Origin: a virus
Direction: 5' to 3' (one strand)
IMG/VR virus record: IMGVR_UViG_3300009000_000003
Length of the DNA: 64,000 nt
The position numbers were made by a program, and so were the translations under genes. This document shows, in pieces, positions 8,392 through 17,474 of the stretch (positions are counted from its first letter, which is position 1; every line of letters begins with the position of its first letter). The notes below the pieces were generated by a model. The model did not search any database. It was given only the letters and a program-made list of their open reading frames with translations, and was not told the DNA's origin.

Positions 8392-8513
8392 TAACAGAGG
8401 TCCTGAGGAATTTAGAAGCTTTAAAACGTCTCCTTACTAGAGGTAAAACCTACTAGAAAGAAACGGTTGGACCAACCCCCGCCTGAGCGGGGAGGTCTGT
8501 CGGCGGACCCAGC

Positions 8514-8840
8514 TTAGCTCATGAGAGCCTTTAGCTGGCTCATCGGGTCGGTTTTAGCCGTCCACCCCGTGTTGGAGGTCGGGTCTTCGATCACAACGGT
8601 GATCTTCAGACCCTGGCTAGTCAGGGTCTGAACCTGAGCGTAGAGCTCGGGGCTCAACGCTGAGGTACGAATCTCAGCCTTGGACATTGTGCCCTTGGCC
8701 GATGTCGAGCTGTCAATGGACAGCTCTGAATCAAGGCCCTTAGCCGCGAGGGCAGCCGAGGCTGCGATTAAGGCAGCCTTGGAGTTAACAAATGCCCCCT
8801 CAATAAGAGGGGTGGGGGTGGGGGTGTTCTCGTTAGCCAT
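8514..8840 (-). CDS. Hypothetical protein
   Basis: ATG with strong TAAGGAG RBS; lies between the hairpin array and the large ncRNA. Confidence 0.8.
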   Translation of the reverse strand: MANENTPTPTPLIEGAFVNSKAALIAASAALAAKGLDSELSIDSSTSAKGTMSKAEIRTSALSPELYAQVQTLTSQGLKITVVIEDPTSNTGWTAKTDPMSQLKALMS

Positions 8841-8915
8841 GACGGCAACTCCTTATAGGAAGAGAAGGGAAAAGGAAGGTGTGTCTTGTGACTCACCACC
8901 ACTATCTCTCTTTCT

Positions 8916-9100
8916 GCCGTAGGCGTGCGTCAGCACACCCTCCGAAGGAGGGAGCCGTTAGGCATAGGGGCCGCTAGGCCCCCCGACAGGGCTCGCCCCT
9001 GTCGAAGACAGCCGTTAGGCGGCAACCGTTAGGTTGCTCCAGCGGAGCCGTTAGGCGGAGCGGAGTACGACGCCGCTAGGCGGAGTACGGGGAGCGGAGT
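8916..9100. repeat. Array of mini-hairpins with C-G(N)NA-G loops plus CGGAG repeats
   Basis: gcc-gta-ggc, gtgc-gtca-gcac, ccctcc-gaa-ggaggg, gcc-gtta-ggc (x3), ggggcc-gcta-ggcccc, gcaacc-gtta-ggttgc, cgcc-gcta-ggcg. Confidence 0.85.
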
Positions 9101-9147
9101 AATATCAGACGCAGCTGTCAAACATTACTATGAATATTTCTATGTTA

Positions 9148-9924
9148 TTAAGAATCATTCCACAGATCACCAAGATCAATTTGAATCTCATCGTCTAAAG
9201 TAGAAACATTGGAATCTGCACCTACAGCAGTATCAGAAACGGGTTCTACTTGAGCCTCAGAATTATCTTTAGGCTCAGAAGCCTTAGCCTCAATAAGCCT
9301 TACATAGATTGCCTTTTTATAAGCAACGCTCTTAAAGAGCCAAAAGCCCTCAGGACTAGTGACGTCTTTGAGTCGAGTAGTAGAAACTGACTCGTAGCCG
9401 TCAGGAACAGTAAAAGCTGTTCCAGCTGGATAAAACAGTGCCATCTTGAGAGGTGCCTTAAGCTGAAGCTTGCGTTTTACAGCATTGCCAAAGCTAGACA
9501 CAACTCTAGCGTTACCAAGCGAATCGTCTACTTGGCAGGATTGCTTAGCCCCAAGTAAAGGAGCAAACACCTGATTGATCCAAGTGTCTTTAACCAAAGT
9601 CCTATCTCCGTCAGCCCTTGCAGGCTCAGAAACCTTTACTGTTGAAGCTTTCTGAGTAGACGGCTTAGAATTCCCTGAGCTCCTACCAGAGCCCTTCTGA
9701 ACCATCTTACCAAAATTCACCACGACATGACTGCCACCAGAAACAGTCACATTCTGCCCAGCTTGAGGGTCTGGAACCTGTGTAGCTAACTGCTCGAGCA
9801 ACGCTGGCGAACCAGCTGCATAAGCAGCTTCAATCATACTAGAATAGCTGGAAGCCACAAGCATCAACTTAGCCTTAGCTGTATCGCTGATGGGAGCTGT
9901 GGCAATCATCATGTAAACATTCAT
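9148..9924 (-). CDS. Hypothetical protein with acidic C-terminal tail, coupled to the polymerase gene
   Basis: ATG at 9924 with GAGGAGG RBS, immediately after the polymerase stop; ends DDEIQIDLGDLWNDS. Confidence 0.75.
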   Translation of the reverse strand: MNVYMMIATAPISDTAKAKLMLVASSYSSMIEAAYAAGSPALLEQLATQVPDPQAGQNVTVSGGSHVVVNFGKMVQKGSGRSSGNSKPSTQKASTVKVSEPARADGDRTLVKDTWINQVFAPLLGAKQSCQVDDSLGNARVVSSFGNAVKRKLQLKAPLKMALFYPAGTAFTVPDGYESVSTTRLKDVTSPEGFWLFKSVAYKKAIYVRLIEAKASEPKDNSEAQVEPVSDTAVGADSNVSTLDDEIQIDLGDLWNDS

Positions 9925-9925
9925 T

Positions 9926-12900
9926 TTAGCAACCCTCCTCAGTAGTTGCAACGTCGATCAAAGCAATCAACGCTTGGGGAGAAGGCAACTTGACATTAAT
10001 CTCGTCGCCCAACCTAAAGAAACGCCTCAACGCGCTAGGCGTCTTAGCACCAAGACGACTCGAATGCTCTTGGAAGTTAGAGAGAACATAAGAGTCAAAG
10101 GCTGAAGTAAAGTGCATCAGCCCGATGACAAACTCTGCCACCACCTCGTACGGGACTGTCAGCTCATAAAGCGAAACTGTCAATCCGTCAGAAGCAGTAA
10201 GAGCTGCCTTGATGTCTTGAAGGATATGATACGGCGCCTTGACGCCATTAACCTTCGAGACAAAAGGTGTGCAGATGCTATTGCGCACATAAGACGCAAC
10301 AGGTGCCGAGTCAAACACCTCAACCTCACCACCGCTCTTAAAGACGTATTGACGAGGAGCCTCTGCGTCAAGATCGTGGTAAGTAGCAAGCTGATCGCCA
10401 GAAGACCACAGAATATTCCCAAACGAATCTGAGAACGGTGAAGGTAGAATCTTCATATAGGCGGTCTCACCGTTAAGCTTAACCATCTTACTACAAGGGT
10501 TCCGGCTTGGGTGCCGACTACCATTGCCAGACTCCGCTACGAGCTCAGCAAAGGCCTCGAGGCCGCTACCCTCGAACTTGCTCTTCCTTGAAAAGGAAGC
10601 ACCTGAGATGTCCTCGAAAAGCCTGAAGCGGCGATCCTTAAGCGCATCCTCGGTGTAGCGATACTCATTACCATCCTTGACGAAGGTAGTCTGGTCATTG
10701 AGTGCCGCCATAATAAACCGCCAGATAGGACGGTAAGCAGACACCCTGTGCCCAAACGGGCTGTTGATGTCAGCCTTAAATGAGCCACCCCAGTGATACG
10801 GTACTACCGTGCCCTGGGTAATCAGGGCGTTCCCGTCCTCCTGGTTAACGAGCTTATGGTCGAGCCTGACTAAAGCGCCAGTCTCAACCATATTGAGCTT
10901 GTGCTCCAAGTACTTCTTCACCATCTCGAGCTTTTCAGTGTCTTCCTTGAACACTGCCTTAAGCACGGCTGGATGACTGTAGAGCTTCAACTCAGTAGCC
11001 GAGTAACAGTGACCGATGCCGAAACCAGTCTCAAGCTCAAGCATTACCTGCATCCTACCAGGGAGGAAAGCACCAAGGCGCTCCTCTAAGCGATACTGAA
11101 CGCCAGAGTGAAGCACCCAGCGCTTAGTGGTGCGAGTCACATCACCAAGCGTCTTATTCTTGCGCACATAAATGTTACGCACTGGCTGCAACAAGTACAG
11201 CGAGCCATGCTCCAACATAGCGGCTGCCATGTTGACGATGATGCTCGAGCTGACAGGGTAGTCAACACGGCCTCGAAGCGTATGGAACTTCTTGACTGTG
11301 TCAATCCCGTTAGAGTCAACACCCTCGACAACCCTAGTGTGAACCATGTAACTGGCCACTCGAGCAGAAAGCTCTTCGCCAGTCAGCTGACCACCCTGCT
11401 GGGTCTTGATGAGAGCACTGAGACGCATCGCTTGCATAATGGGGGCGCCCGCCTGGATAACCTCACGGATACTAGGCAAGAGATCGCGCTCCTTCAACGC
11501 GCCCAACATGTAAGCAGTCAAATTTGGCTTATCGTCCTGCTTGACCTTAACAAACTCATCATCAGACTTGAACAGATCAGCGTTATCAAGAAGATAACTA
11601 CTCAAGAGCTCCTGATAGAATTCCTGAGTGTAACTCTCGAAGCAGTCAGCCTGCACCGCGAGCAACAGCTTGTCAATGCCGCTGCTTTCAACAAAGTAGC
11701 GGTGCTTAACATCAGACGTCTCAACAACCTCTGCTTGTACAGCGATCGCTGGATAGACGTCTGACCAGAGCCACTCTGGCCAAATGTCCTTGGTGTTGTC
11801 AGCAAGGAGCTTGTTGACGTCTACCATGACCTTACTTGCAGTCACCTGCCCGACGTTAGTGACATTAAGTAGGTCACTAAAGGAAACAGGGTGCTGCCTC
11901 TCATAGGCCGCCACAAGCGCTGCTTTGAGGCTCTCCCAAGTAGCTTGGGCTTTTGACCCATTACCTACAACAGGGAAAACCGCCAGAAGGCGACTCAAGA
12001 AGGTCTCATCGCCCGACTCGTCCGAGTTCAAGCTGTTGCGAGCAACTTCGACCTCATCCGAATTGACAGCCAGCTTCATAGCAAGCCAGTCAAGTGGTGA
12101 TCGAGCCATAAGATACTGCTCATAGCCGAAGACTCCCCACGCGTGGAAAAACAGCTCAGAGAGCATCTCGAGAGATTCTCTCTTAGAACCATCCCCGTAC
12201 TGAGGCTTAAAGGCTCGAAGAGCTGCCTTGTAGACAACACTTTGATTCTCAGTGTCATCAAACATCTCAAGGGCCTGTTTAAGCTTATCAAGCATGTCAT
12301 TGGCGTCATTATCGCCACGAGCATTAAAATACTCGCTTTGAGCCATGCTAGCGTACTCACCGGCCTTGACTTGCTTGTAATAGCTAAACCACTTCTGAAG
12401 GAAGTGATAAGCACTGCTTGCAGCATTCGCTTTCTTAGGGTCAGCGAAAGCAATCGCATAGTGCTCATGGATTGCCCTTAGAGGCTGCCCCGTGATTCCA
12501 AGGTCACACTTGACAGCCTGATTTTCCTCGACAGTCCACTCAGACATGAGCTTCGCGGCTGGAGGTGCATCGCGAAGAGGCACCTCTAGGGAAGTCTCTT
12601 TGATCCAAGCGTAGGCTCGCTCAGGAAAGACCCATGAGTTCTCAATGGCTTTAATCTCTCGATCATCACCAAGAATCTCCTTGATCTTCTCCCACATCGG
12701 TTTCAGGTCATCCGCGTTAGCAGTAGCCATCGCCTCCGAGATCGCCTCCATCTTGCTAGCCCAGTCATCAGCTGATGGGAACTGGTACCCAGCATTGATG
12801 AAGTTAATGGCCCAACAGACGAAGAGCTTGAGCACTCCGACGTTGTACTGCTCGTCAACAGAGAGACGAGTGTGCACATTCGCTCCAGGATTCTCGGGAG

Positions 12901-15142
12901 CAATCTCCATACGTGGGAAGCTCTCGTCCATGGTAGCGACGACATAATCTTTGTCGCTGACAATAGCTCTTTCGAAGATAGCATCGGAGAGCTGAAGCCA
13001 GCAGAGCAGTGACGCTACCGCTGCTGGTTTTTTGGTGCGGTCGATGCTATTCTGCACCAAGAAGCACAAGAAGGCATAAAACTTTAACGCCCACTCCCTT
13101 ACCCGAGGATCTGGTCCCCAAGCTCCATTTGTGTCCCGCCATACGATGTGGGCAAGCACAGCAGAGCACAGGTTGACTAGAGTCCCTGTAGGCCCTTGGC
13201 CTTGATTTGGGGCACAAATAAAATTGGCCACCTCGGCCTTTGTTACCCCATCGGGGATCTCAAAACAAGGAGCATCAAGAACCTTGAGGTTTCCGTCCTT
13301 GCGTGAGTCCCTGTGATTAACCTCAATCTTTGGGACAGGGAGGTTCCGAGTAGCCTCCTCGTGAATTTTAACAGCGCGAACACGCCAAGCCTCTTTCTCT
13401 ACGAGCAAGCGGTCGCCGTCAGAGTCTCGTTGGAGGCGGTCTTGGGCCTGCTTGCTCATCCAAATGAGATTTGGACTTGCCTCGAGGCTAATCCAAATTG
13501 CTCTGAGGCGCAGATAAACCGCTTCATTAAGGGCAAAGGCCGTGCTCTCGCTGCCTATCTCCTTGTAGATGAAGGAGCAAAGGTCCCCGTAGAACTGCTG
13601 TCCCTGACGAGACAGCTCCCCTGAATCATGCTCAAGGCCAAAATAGACCTTCTTTGCAAAATCAAAGACCTTGGTCAAAGACTTGTGAGTTATCACAGCC
13701 TGCGTGATGAGGCAAGCGTGGTAGAGCTGAGGCTGGCCTGTAACAGCAACAGCATCAAACTCAACGCCCTCAATCGATACTTTCTCGGTCTTCTTTGGCA
13801 TCTTTTTAAGGATACAGTAGTCCGAAGGCATTGAAATCTGATCGCAGTACATGGTCTTAACCTTGTGGCCCTGGCCGTACACTGTGTGCGCGACCTTGCC
13901 TGGGCTAATAGCTCCAAGGCTGGCAGCCGAAGCCTTGAGAGCATCGACATTCTCTGCGCCCTCAAAGAGCTTCTCGACAATTGGATTGTCAAGCTCATAG
14001 AGACGCTCAAGCGAGCTGCGGATTGCTCCACGGAACTCATTCTCTTGGAGCAGCAAAGCACCAGCAGAACGAATAATAGCGTCCTGCCATGCTACCGACG
14101 AGCTTCCTTGAGGATTGTCCTCGGCAATCACGCCACCTGTGAAGAGGCGATGATCGTGACCCACCGTTGGAGCGTAGCAATCAAACCACCACTCTTGCAG
14201 GTCAATGATCTCGAGCCCTTGAAGGGCCTCACCCTTAGCCTCCACAGCATCTTTCAACGACCCCTTAACGTTGTCGTAGTGGATGAAGAAGGCGTCGACA
14301 GTCTCGTCAGGAGACTGACCCTTGAGATCGCGGTACTTGATCTCGTCAGGGGTGAGTTTGAGCCACCGATCCCCATACCTGACCGCCTGGGTGCAGGTGG
14401 CGTGGGCCTTACCCTTAGCCTGGAAGCCAGGAGCGACATTGCCCTCAGCATCCTCAACCAACGGCGTGTGCACGCGAATCTGGAAGATCGGGTGCCCAGC
14501 GCCTAGGTTTAAGCCCATAGAGTACTCGTTTCCTCCATCAGCTCCAACCTGACCTTGGTTCTCGATGTTGGTCAGGAAGTACCTGACGCGGTTTCCATCA
14601 AGATCTCGGTTGAGGCCCGAGGTAAACGGCGTCGTTGCCATACCACGACTACGAGCCCTGAGCTCTTTGTTCGTGGCAAATACGCTCTTGAGCCACTTAG
14701 CGTATGGCATCAAGTTGCCATCCTCATCCCGCTCCTTAACGAAGAAGCCAGGAGTAACAGGGCTAAAGCCAAGTTGAGCTGTAACTCGATTGAGCACAGC
14801 TACGTCAACCTGACGCCCCTTCTCGTCCTTGAGGTTTTGGACAAACAAGACGTCATCATACGCCACCTCAAGTTTATCCTGCCCAAGCGACTCGCGCCAC
14901 TCATTGAGCTGGTCAAGGCTCTGCTTGAAAGCAGAAGCCCACTGGTGCTCTGCCACAAAGGCCTGCTTGAGCACCTGCCCATGAGGCTCATCGCCCTCAG
15001 CCCACCCCAAGAAGTCCTTATCAGACGTGGGGAAAAGCTTAAGGGTTAAATAGTTCTCAGCCATAGCTGAGCTCTTGACTTGCTTTTTCAGCGAGTCCAT
15101 GAGCTTCCTGCCAAGCTGAATCTTCTTCTTAATAGAACTCAT
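9926..15142 (-). CDS. Putative single-subunit two-barrel RNA polymerase (YonO / eukaryotic RdRP-like)
   Basis: Ordered motifs GADGGNEYS (DGxG-like), IFQIR, AKG, VAVTGQPQL (RNP-equivalent position) and RDSDGD (DxDGD at 13426-13412). Confidence 0.72.
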   Translation of the reverse strand: MSSIKKKIQLGRKLMDSLKKQVKSSAMAENYLTLKLFPTSDKDFLGWAEGDEPHGQVLKQAFVAEHQWASAFKQSLDQLNEWRESLGQDKLEVAYDDVLFVQNLKDEKGRQVDVAVLNRVTAQLGFSPVTPGFFVKERDEDGNLMPYAKWLKSVFATNKELRARSRGMATTPFTSGLNRDLDGNRVRYFLTNIENQGQVGADGGNEYSMGLNLGAGHPIFQIRVHTPLVEDAEGNVAPGFQAKGKAHATCTQAVRYGDRWLKLTPDEIKYRDLKGQSPDETVDAFFIHYDNVKGSLKDAVEAKGEALQGLEIIDLQEWWFDCYAPTVGHDHRLFTGGVIAEDNPQGSSSVAWQDAIIRSAGALLLQENEFRGAIRSSLERLYELDNPIVEKLFEGAENVDALKASAASLGAISPGKVAHTVYGQGHKVKTMYCDQISMPSDYCILKKMPKKTEKVSIEGVEFDAVAVTGQPQLYHACLITQAVITHKSLTKVFDFAKKVYFGLEHDSGELSRQGQQFYGDLCSFIYKEIGSESTAFALNEAVYLRLRAIWISLEASPNLIWMSKQAQDRLQRDSDGDRLLVEKEAWRVRAVKIHEEATRNLPVPKIEVNHRDSRKDGNLKVLDAPCFEIPDGVTKAEVANFICAPNQGQGPTGTLVNLCSAVLAHIVWRDTNGAWGPDPRVREWALKFYAFLCFLVQNSIDRTKKPAAVASLLCWLQLSDAIFERAIVSDKDYVVATMDESFPRMEIAPENPGANVHTRLSVDEQYNVGVLKLFVCWAINFINAGYQFPSADDWASKMEAISEAMATANADDLKPMWEKIKEILGDDREIKAIENSWVFPERAYAWIKETSLEVPLRDAPPAAKLMSEWTVEENQAVKCDLGITGQPLRAIHEHYAIAFADPKKANAASSAYHFLQKWFSYYKQVKAGEYASMAQSEYFNARGDNDANDMLDKLKQALEMFDDTENQSVVYKAALRAFKPQYGDGSKRESLEMLSELFFHAWGVFGYEQYLMARSPLDWLAMKLAVNSDEVEVARNSLNSDESGDETFLSRLLAVFPVVGNGSKAQATWESLKAALVAAYERQHPVSFSDLLNVTNVGQVTASKVMVDVNKLLADNTKDIWPEWLWSDVYPAIAVQAEVVETSDVKHRYFVESSGIDKLLLAVQADCFESYTQEFYQELLSSYLLDNADLFKSDDEFVKVKQDDKPNLTAYMLGALKERDLLPSIREVIQAGAPIMQAMRLSALIKTQQGGQLTGEELSARVASYMVHTRVVEGVDSNGIDTVKKFHTLRGRVDYPVSSSIIVNMAAAMLEHGSLYLLQPVRNIYVRKNKTLGDVTRTTKRWVLHSGVQYRLEERLGAFLPGRMQVMLELETGFGIGHCYSATELKLYSHPAVLKAVFKEDTEKLEMVKKYLEHKLNMVETGALVRLDHKLVNQEDGNALITQGTVVPYHWGGSFKADINSPFGHRVSAYRPIWRFIMAALNDQTTFVKDGNEYRYTEDALKDRRFRLFEDISGASFSRKSKFEGSGLEAFAELVAESGNGSRHPSRNPCSKMVKLNGETAYMKILPSPFSDSFGNILWSSGDQLATYHDLDAEAPRQYVFKSGGEVEVFDSAPVASYVRNSICTPFVSKVNGVKAPYHILQDIKAALTASDGLTVSLYELTVPYEVVAEFVIGLMHFTSAFDSYVLSNFQEHSSRLGAKTPSALRRFFRLGDEINVKLPSPQALIALIDVATTEEGC

Positions 15143-15570
15143 TTCTGAGTCCTCCCTTCTGCGTCAAAAAGACGCTTTATGAGGTCGTTAACCTCATTGT
15201 TGTAAGTCTCTGGGTCTGAGATCACCCTCAACTCATTCAGTTCCGTGAGGAACCACTGCCACTCGGTGACAATCTGACAGGTCAAGGGATCCTGATAAAC
15301 GGGCCTCACAAACTTCTCAAACGAGTAGTCCCTCACACAATAAGTCTGCGAGAGCTCCTCAGCCAACTGGGGATTGGCGAAGATCACTAAGGCGTCCTCA
15401 AACTGCCTGGTCAACGCTGCCTTGACTTTGAGGGCCACCGTCTTGTTGAGAAGGCGGCAGTCGTGCCAAGCTGGCTCGATCTTATTTGTCTTGGGGTTGC
15501 GATACAACCCCTCGACGTTGTCGTACCAAGACAATGTGAGCTTTAAAATTTGCTGGATGCGGATGTTCAT
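15139..15570 (-). CDS. Hypothetical protein immediately upstream of the polymerase
   Basis: ORF 15139..15660; ATG at 15570 follows the upstream stop; ATGA overlap with the polymerase start. Confidence 0.7.
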   Translation of the reverse strand: MNIRIQQILKLTLSWYDNVEGLYRNPKTNKIEPAWHDCRLLNKTVALKVKAALTRQFEDALVIFANPQLAEELSQTYCVRDYSFEKFVRPVYQDPLTCQIVTEWQWFLTELNELRVISDPETYNNEVNDLIKRLFDAEGRTQK

Positions 15571-15571
15571 C

Positions 15572-16246
15572 TTAGCACCCCCACCCAAGCTCAATGCTGT
15601 TAAACTCGATACTCTGTTGAGCGTTGATGATGAGTCTTTGCAGACTCGCCATGCGATCAACTACCTTCCCGATCTCTCGGAAGAAGTAGTCGTTCGCGGC
15701 CTCAGAGGCCTGGGAGAAGGCCTCCATCAACCTCTGCTCCTTAGCAGCGAGGTTGATCATCACCCGCTCTGCCTTCTTGAGGAAAGCCGCGGCTCCCTCT
15801 AGGGCGGGAGTGGTGAGGCTCCGAACTGCCTTAGCAGCAGCTCGGATAGCCTGTTTGTTGTGGCTCGCCTTACGGAGAGTCACAGGGCGCTCGGCCCGCC
15901 GAGCCTGGCGGATGGCCTCGCGGTGAGCATGACGCTCTGCACGCAGGGCCTTGGCCTCGGCACGACGCGCCTCACGGAGCGCAGCCTGCTCCTCAGCGCG
16001 CGCTTGCCCCTCACTCCGTGCCTTGGCCTTCGCCTTCGCCTTCGCTGCAGCCTTAGCCTCTTTAGCGGCCTTGACAGCCGCTAGCTCTTGATGGCCGAGA
16101 GCAATAAGCTCCCGGCGATTTTTGTTACGGCGCTTCCGCGAAGCGCCGCCGATCCTGACCAGCAGGCTATACTTAGCCTTCTGGTTATTAGAGGCGTTGC
16201 GCTTGTCATTGCGCTCGCCCGATGGCTTATTAGTTGCCTTTTTCAT
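15572..16246 (-). CDS. Highly basic Ala/Arg/Lys-rich helical protein (possible nucleic-acid binding)
   Basis: ATG at 16246 with AAGGAG RBS; AKAKAKAK and RRxxR repeats. Confidence 0.75.
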   Translation of the reverse strand: MKKATNKPSGERNDKRNASNNQKAKYSLLVRIGGASRKRRNKNRRELIALGHQELAAVKAAKEAKAAAKAKAKAKARSEGQARAEEQAALREARRAEAKALRAERHAHREAIRQARRAERPVTLRKASHNKQAIRAAAKAVRSLTTPALEGAAAFLKKAERVMINLAAKEQRLMEAFSQASEAANDYFFREIGKVVDRMASLQRLIINAQQSIEFNSIELGWGC

Positions 16247-16537
16247 GATAAACTCCTTTTCATGAATGGCGGGTTGTGGAGCCAATTGGGGAGGGCTCCG
16301 GGGAAGTGTGTCATCTTTGTTGACACGAACAAGGTCATAGCGACCACATGTGCAGTTTGAGGTTACACAGAAGCCATAACTACAAAAAGGCTACTGTGGG
16401 GTGCGGTTCTCTGCTTCACCTATCCCAGCTATAAGCTTTCGAGGGAGCGGCAGAATTGACCACACTAACTGCTTATAAAGCAGCTATGTGGCAATGGTTC
16501 AGGTGTTTATAGAGGTTGCCTGAAACCTCTAGCGGGG

Positions 16538-17305
16538 TCAGAAAAGGTAATGGGTGTGAAGATCAAAGATTTCTTTGACCTTATTGCCATACCTGTACGC
16601 ACCCATCCCACCGCCATTGTAGCGGTAAAATAAATACGTATCGACCTTCTTCGCTCCCCGTTTCACTGGCTTGAGCCAGTGGTCTGGGTTGTAAAGATCG
16701 ACTTTTTTAAAGTCTCTTTCCAACCCGTTGTACCACCGACTCTCTAGCCAGAGGCGCTGGTACCTAAACGCATTCTCAAACGATGCGTTTAAAGTGGCGC
16801 AAGAGGCAAGGCGCCCTCCTGCGTCCTCACCTCTAGTGTCCACCTGGGTAAGGCCACAGGCTTGGACAGGAGACATGTATATCTCCTTCTCCCACATCTG
16901 ATGGGCAGACTTGACCTTGCCCTGTGAAAGCTTGTGGCTGTGACCCTCACTAAAGCCACACCCTGTCTCTTTGAGACAGAGGGCAAGAGCGAGGCGTTGG
17001 ACTTCGCTTGGGGCATCGCCCCAAACTTCTTGGAATGCTTGAGCTATGCGTTCAAGCCGATCAGGGTATTGCTTAAGGCGCTTAGTCCCCATGGAGGTAG
17101 AACGATAAAAGCTCCTAATAGAAGCCTTTACCCCTGCCTTGACCGCTAACCTCTTAAAGAGGCGGCTCTCCGCCTCCCAAACCCGAGCTGTTTCCAGCTC
17201 AAGCAGGGTAGGTCCCTCTTGCTCAACTAAGAGAGGCTGTACCTCAGTTAAGGTGCAGGCAGAAAGGAAAAGGAAAAGAATTGTTGACATGATGAGCTTA
17301 GTCAT
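16538..17305 (-). CDS. Lipoprotein with lysozyme-like / lytic transglycosylase fold
   Basis: Lipobox FLSAC after a hydrophobic leader; LKET (catalytic Glu candidate), ACGLTQV and YNGG...Y match SLT motifs I-III; ATG at 17305 with GAAGGAG RBS. Confidence 0.65.
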   Translation of the reverse strand: MTKLIMSTILFLFLSACTLTEVQPLLVEQEGPTLLELETARVWEAESRLFKRLAVKAGVKASIRSFYRSTSMGTKRLKQYPDRLERIAQAFQEVWGDAPSEVQRLALALCLKETGCGFSEGHSHKLSQGKVKSAHQMWEKEIYMSPVQACGLTQVDTRGEDAGGRLASCATLNASFENAFRYQRLWLESRWYNGLERDFKKVDLYNPDHWLKPVKRGAKKVDTYLFYRYNGGGMGAYRYGNKVKEIFDLHTHYLF

Positions 17306-17354
17306 TGCGACTGCTCCTTCTGCAGTAAAAGACACTGCGGCTGTTCTGATAAAT

Positions 17355-17470
17355 CCCCTTGATCATCAGGCGAGATTCCTCGCGAGCTTTTACGCAGGGC
17401 CTTGGGCCTCTGCAACCTCCCCTAAGGGAGGTTAGCTTTCGACCAGGACGCTAAGCGCCCTGGTCAGGGG
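17355..17470 (-). ncRNA. Hammerhead ribozyme candidate (permuted), copy B
   Basis: Minus strand reads CCCCU-GACCAGGGCGC-UUA-GCGUCCUGGUC-GAAA-GCU..AGC-UC/GCGAG-GAAU-CUCGC-CUGAUGA-UCA-AGGGG. Predicted cut between 17384 and 17383. Confidence 0.75.
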
Positions 17471-17474
17471 GTGG

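Noticed and set aside
8386-8465. Plus-strand CUGAGGA after a hairpin as a third hammerhead
   Set aside because: No UH cleavage site before the hairpin and no matching stem III
8916-9100. CRISPR array interpretation of the hairpin repeats
   Set aside because: Units are about 10 nt, irregularly spaced and without 30-nt spacers; no cas genes
10112-16360. Many plus-strand and alternative-frame ORFs (up to 218 aa) overlapping the polymerase and its neighbours
   Set aside because: Shadow ORFs of a GC-rich coding strand; no RBS or motifs, and they overlap better-supported genes
16410-16445. GAAAGC..GCU segment resembling hammerhead stem III
   Set aside because: Position 17 would be G and no CUGANGA follows
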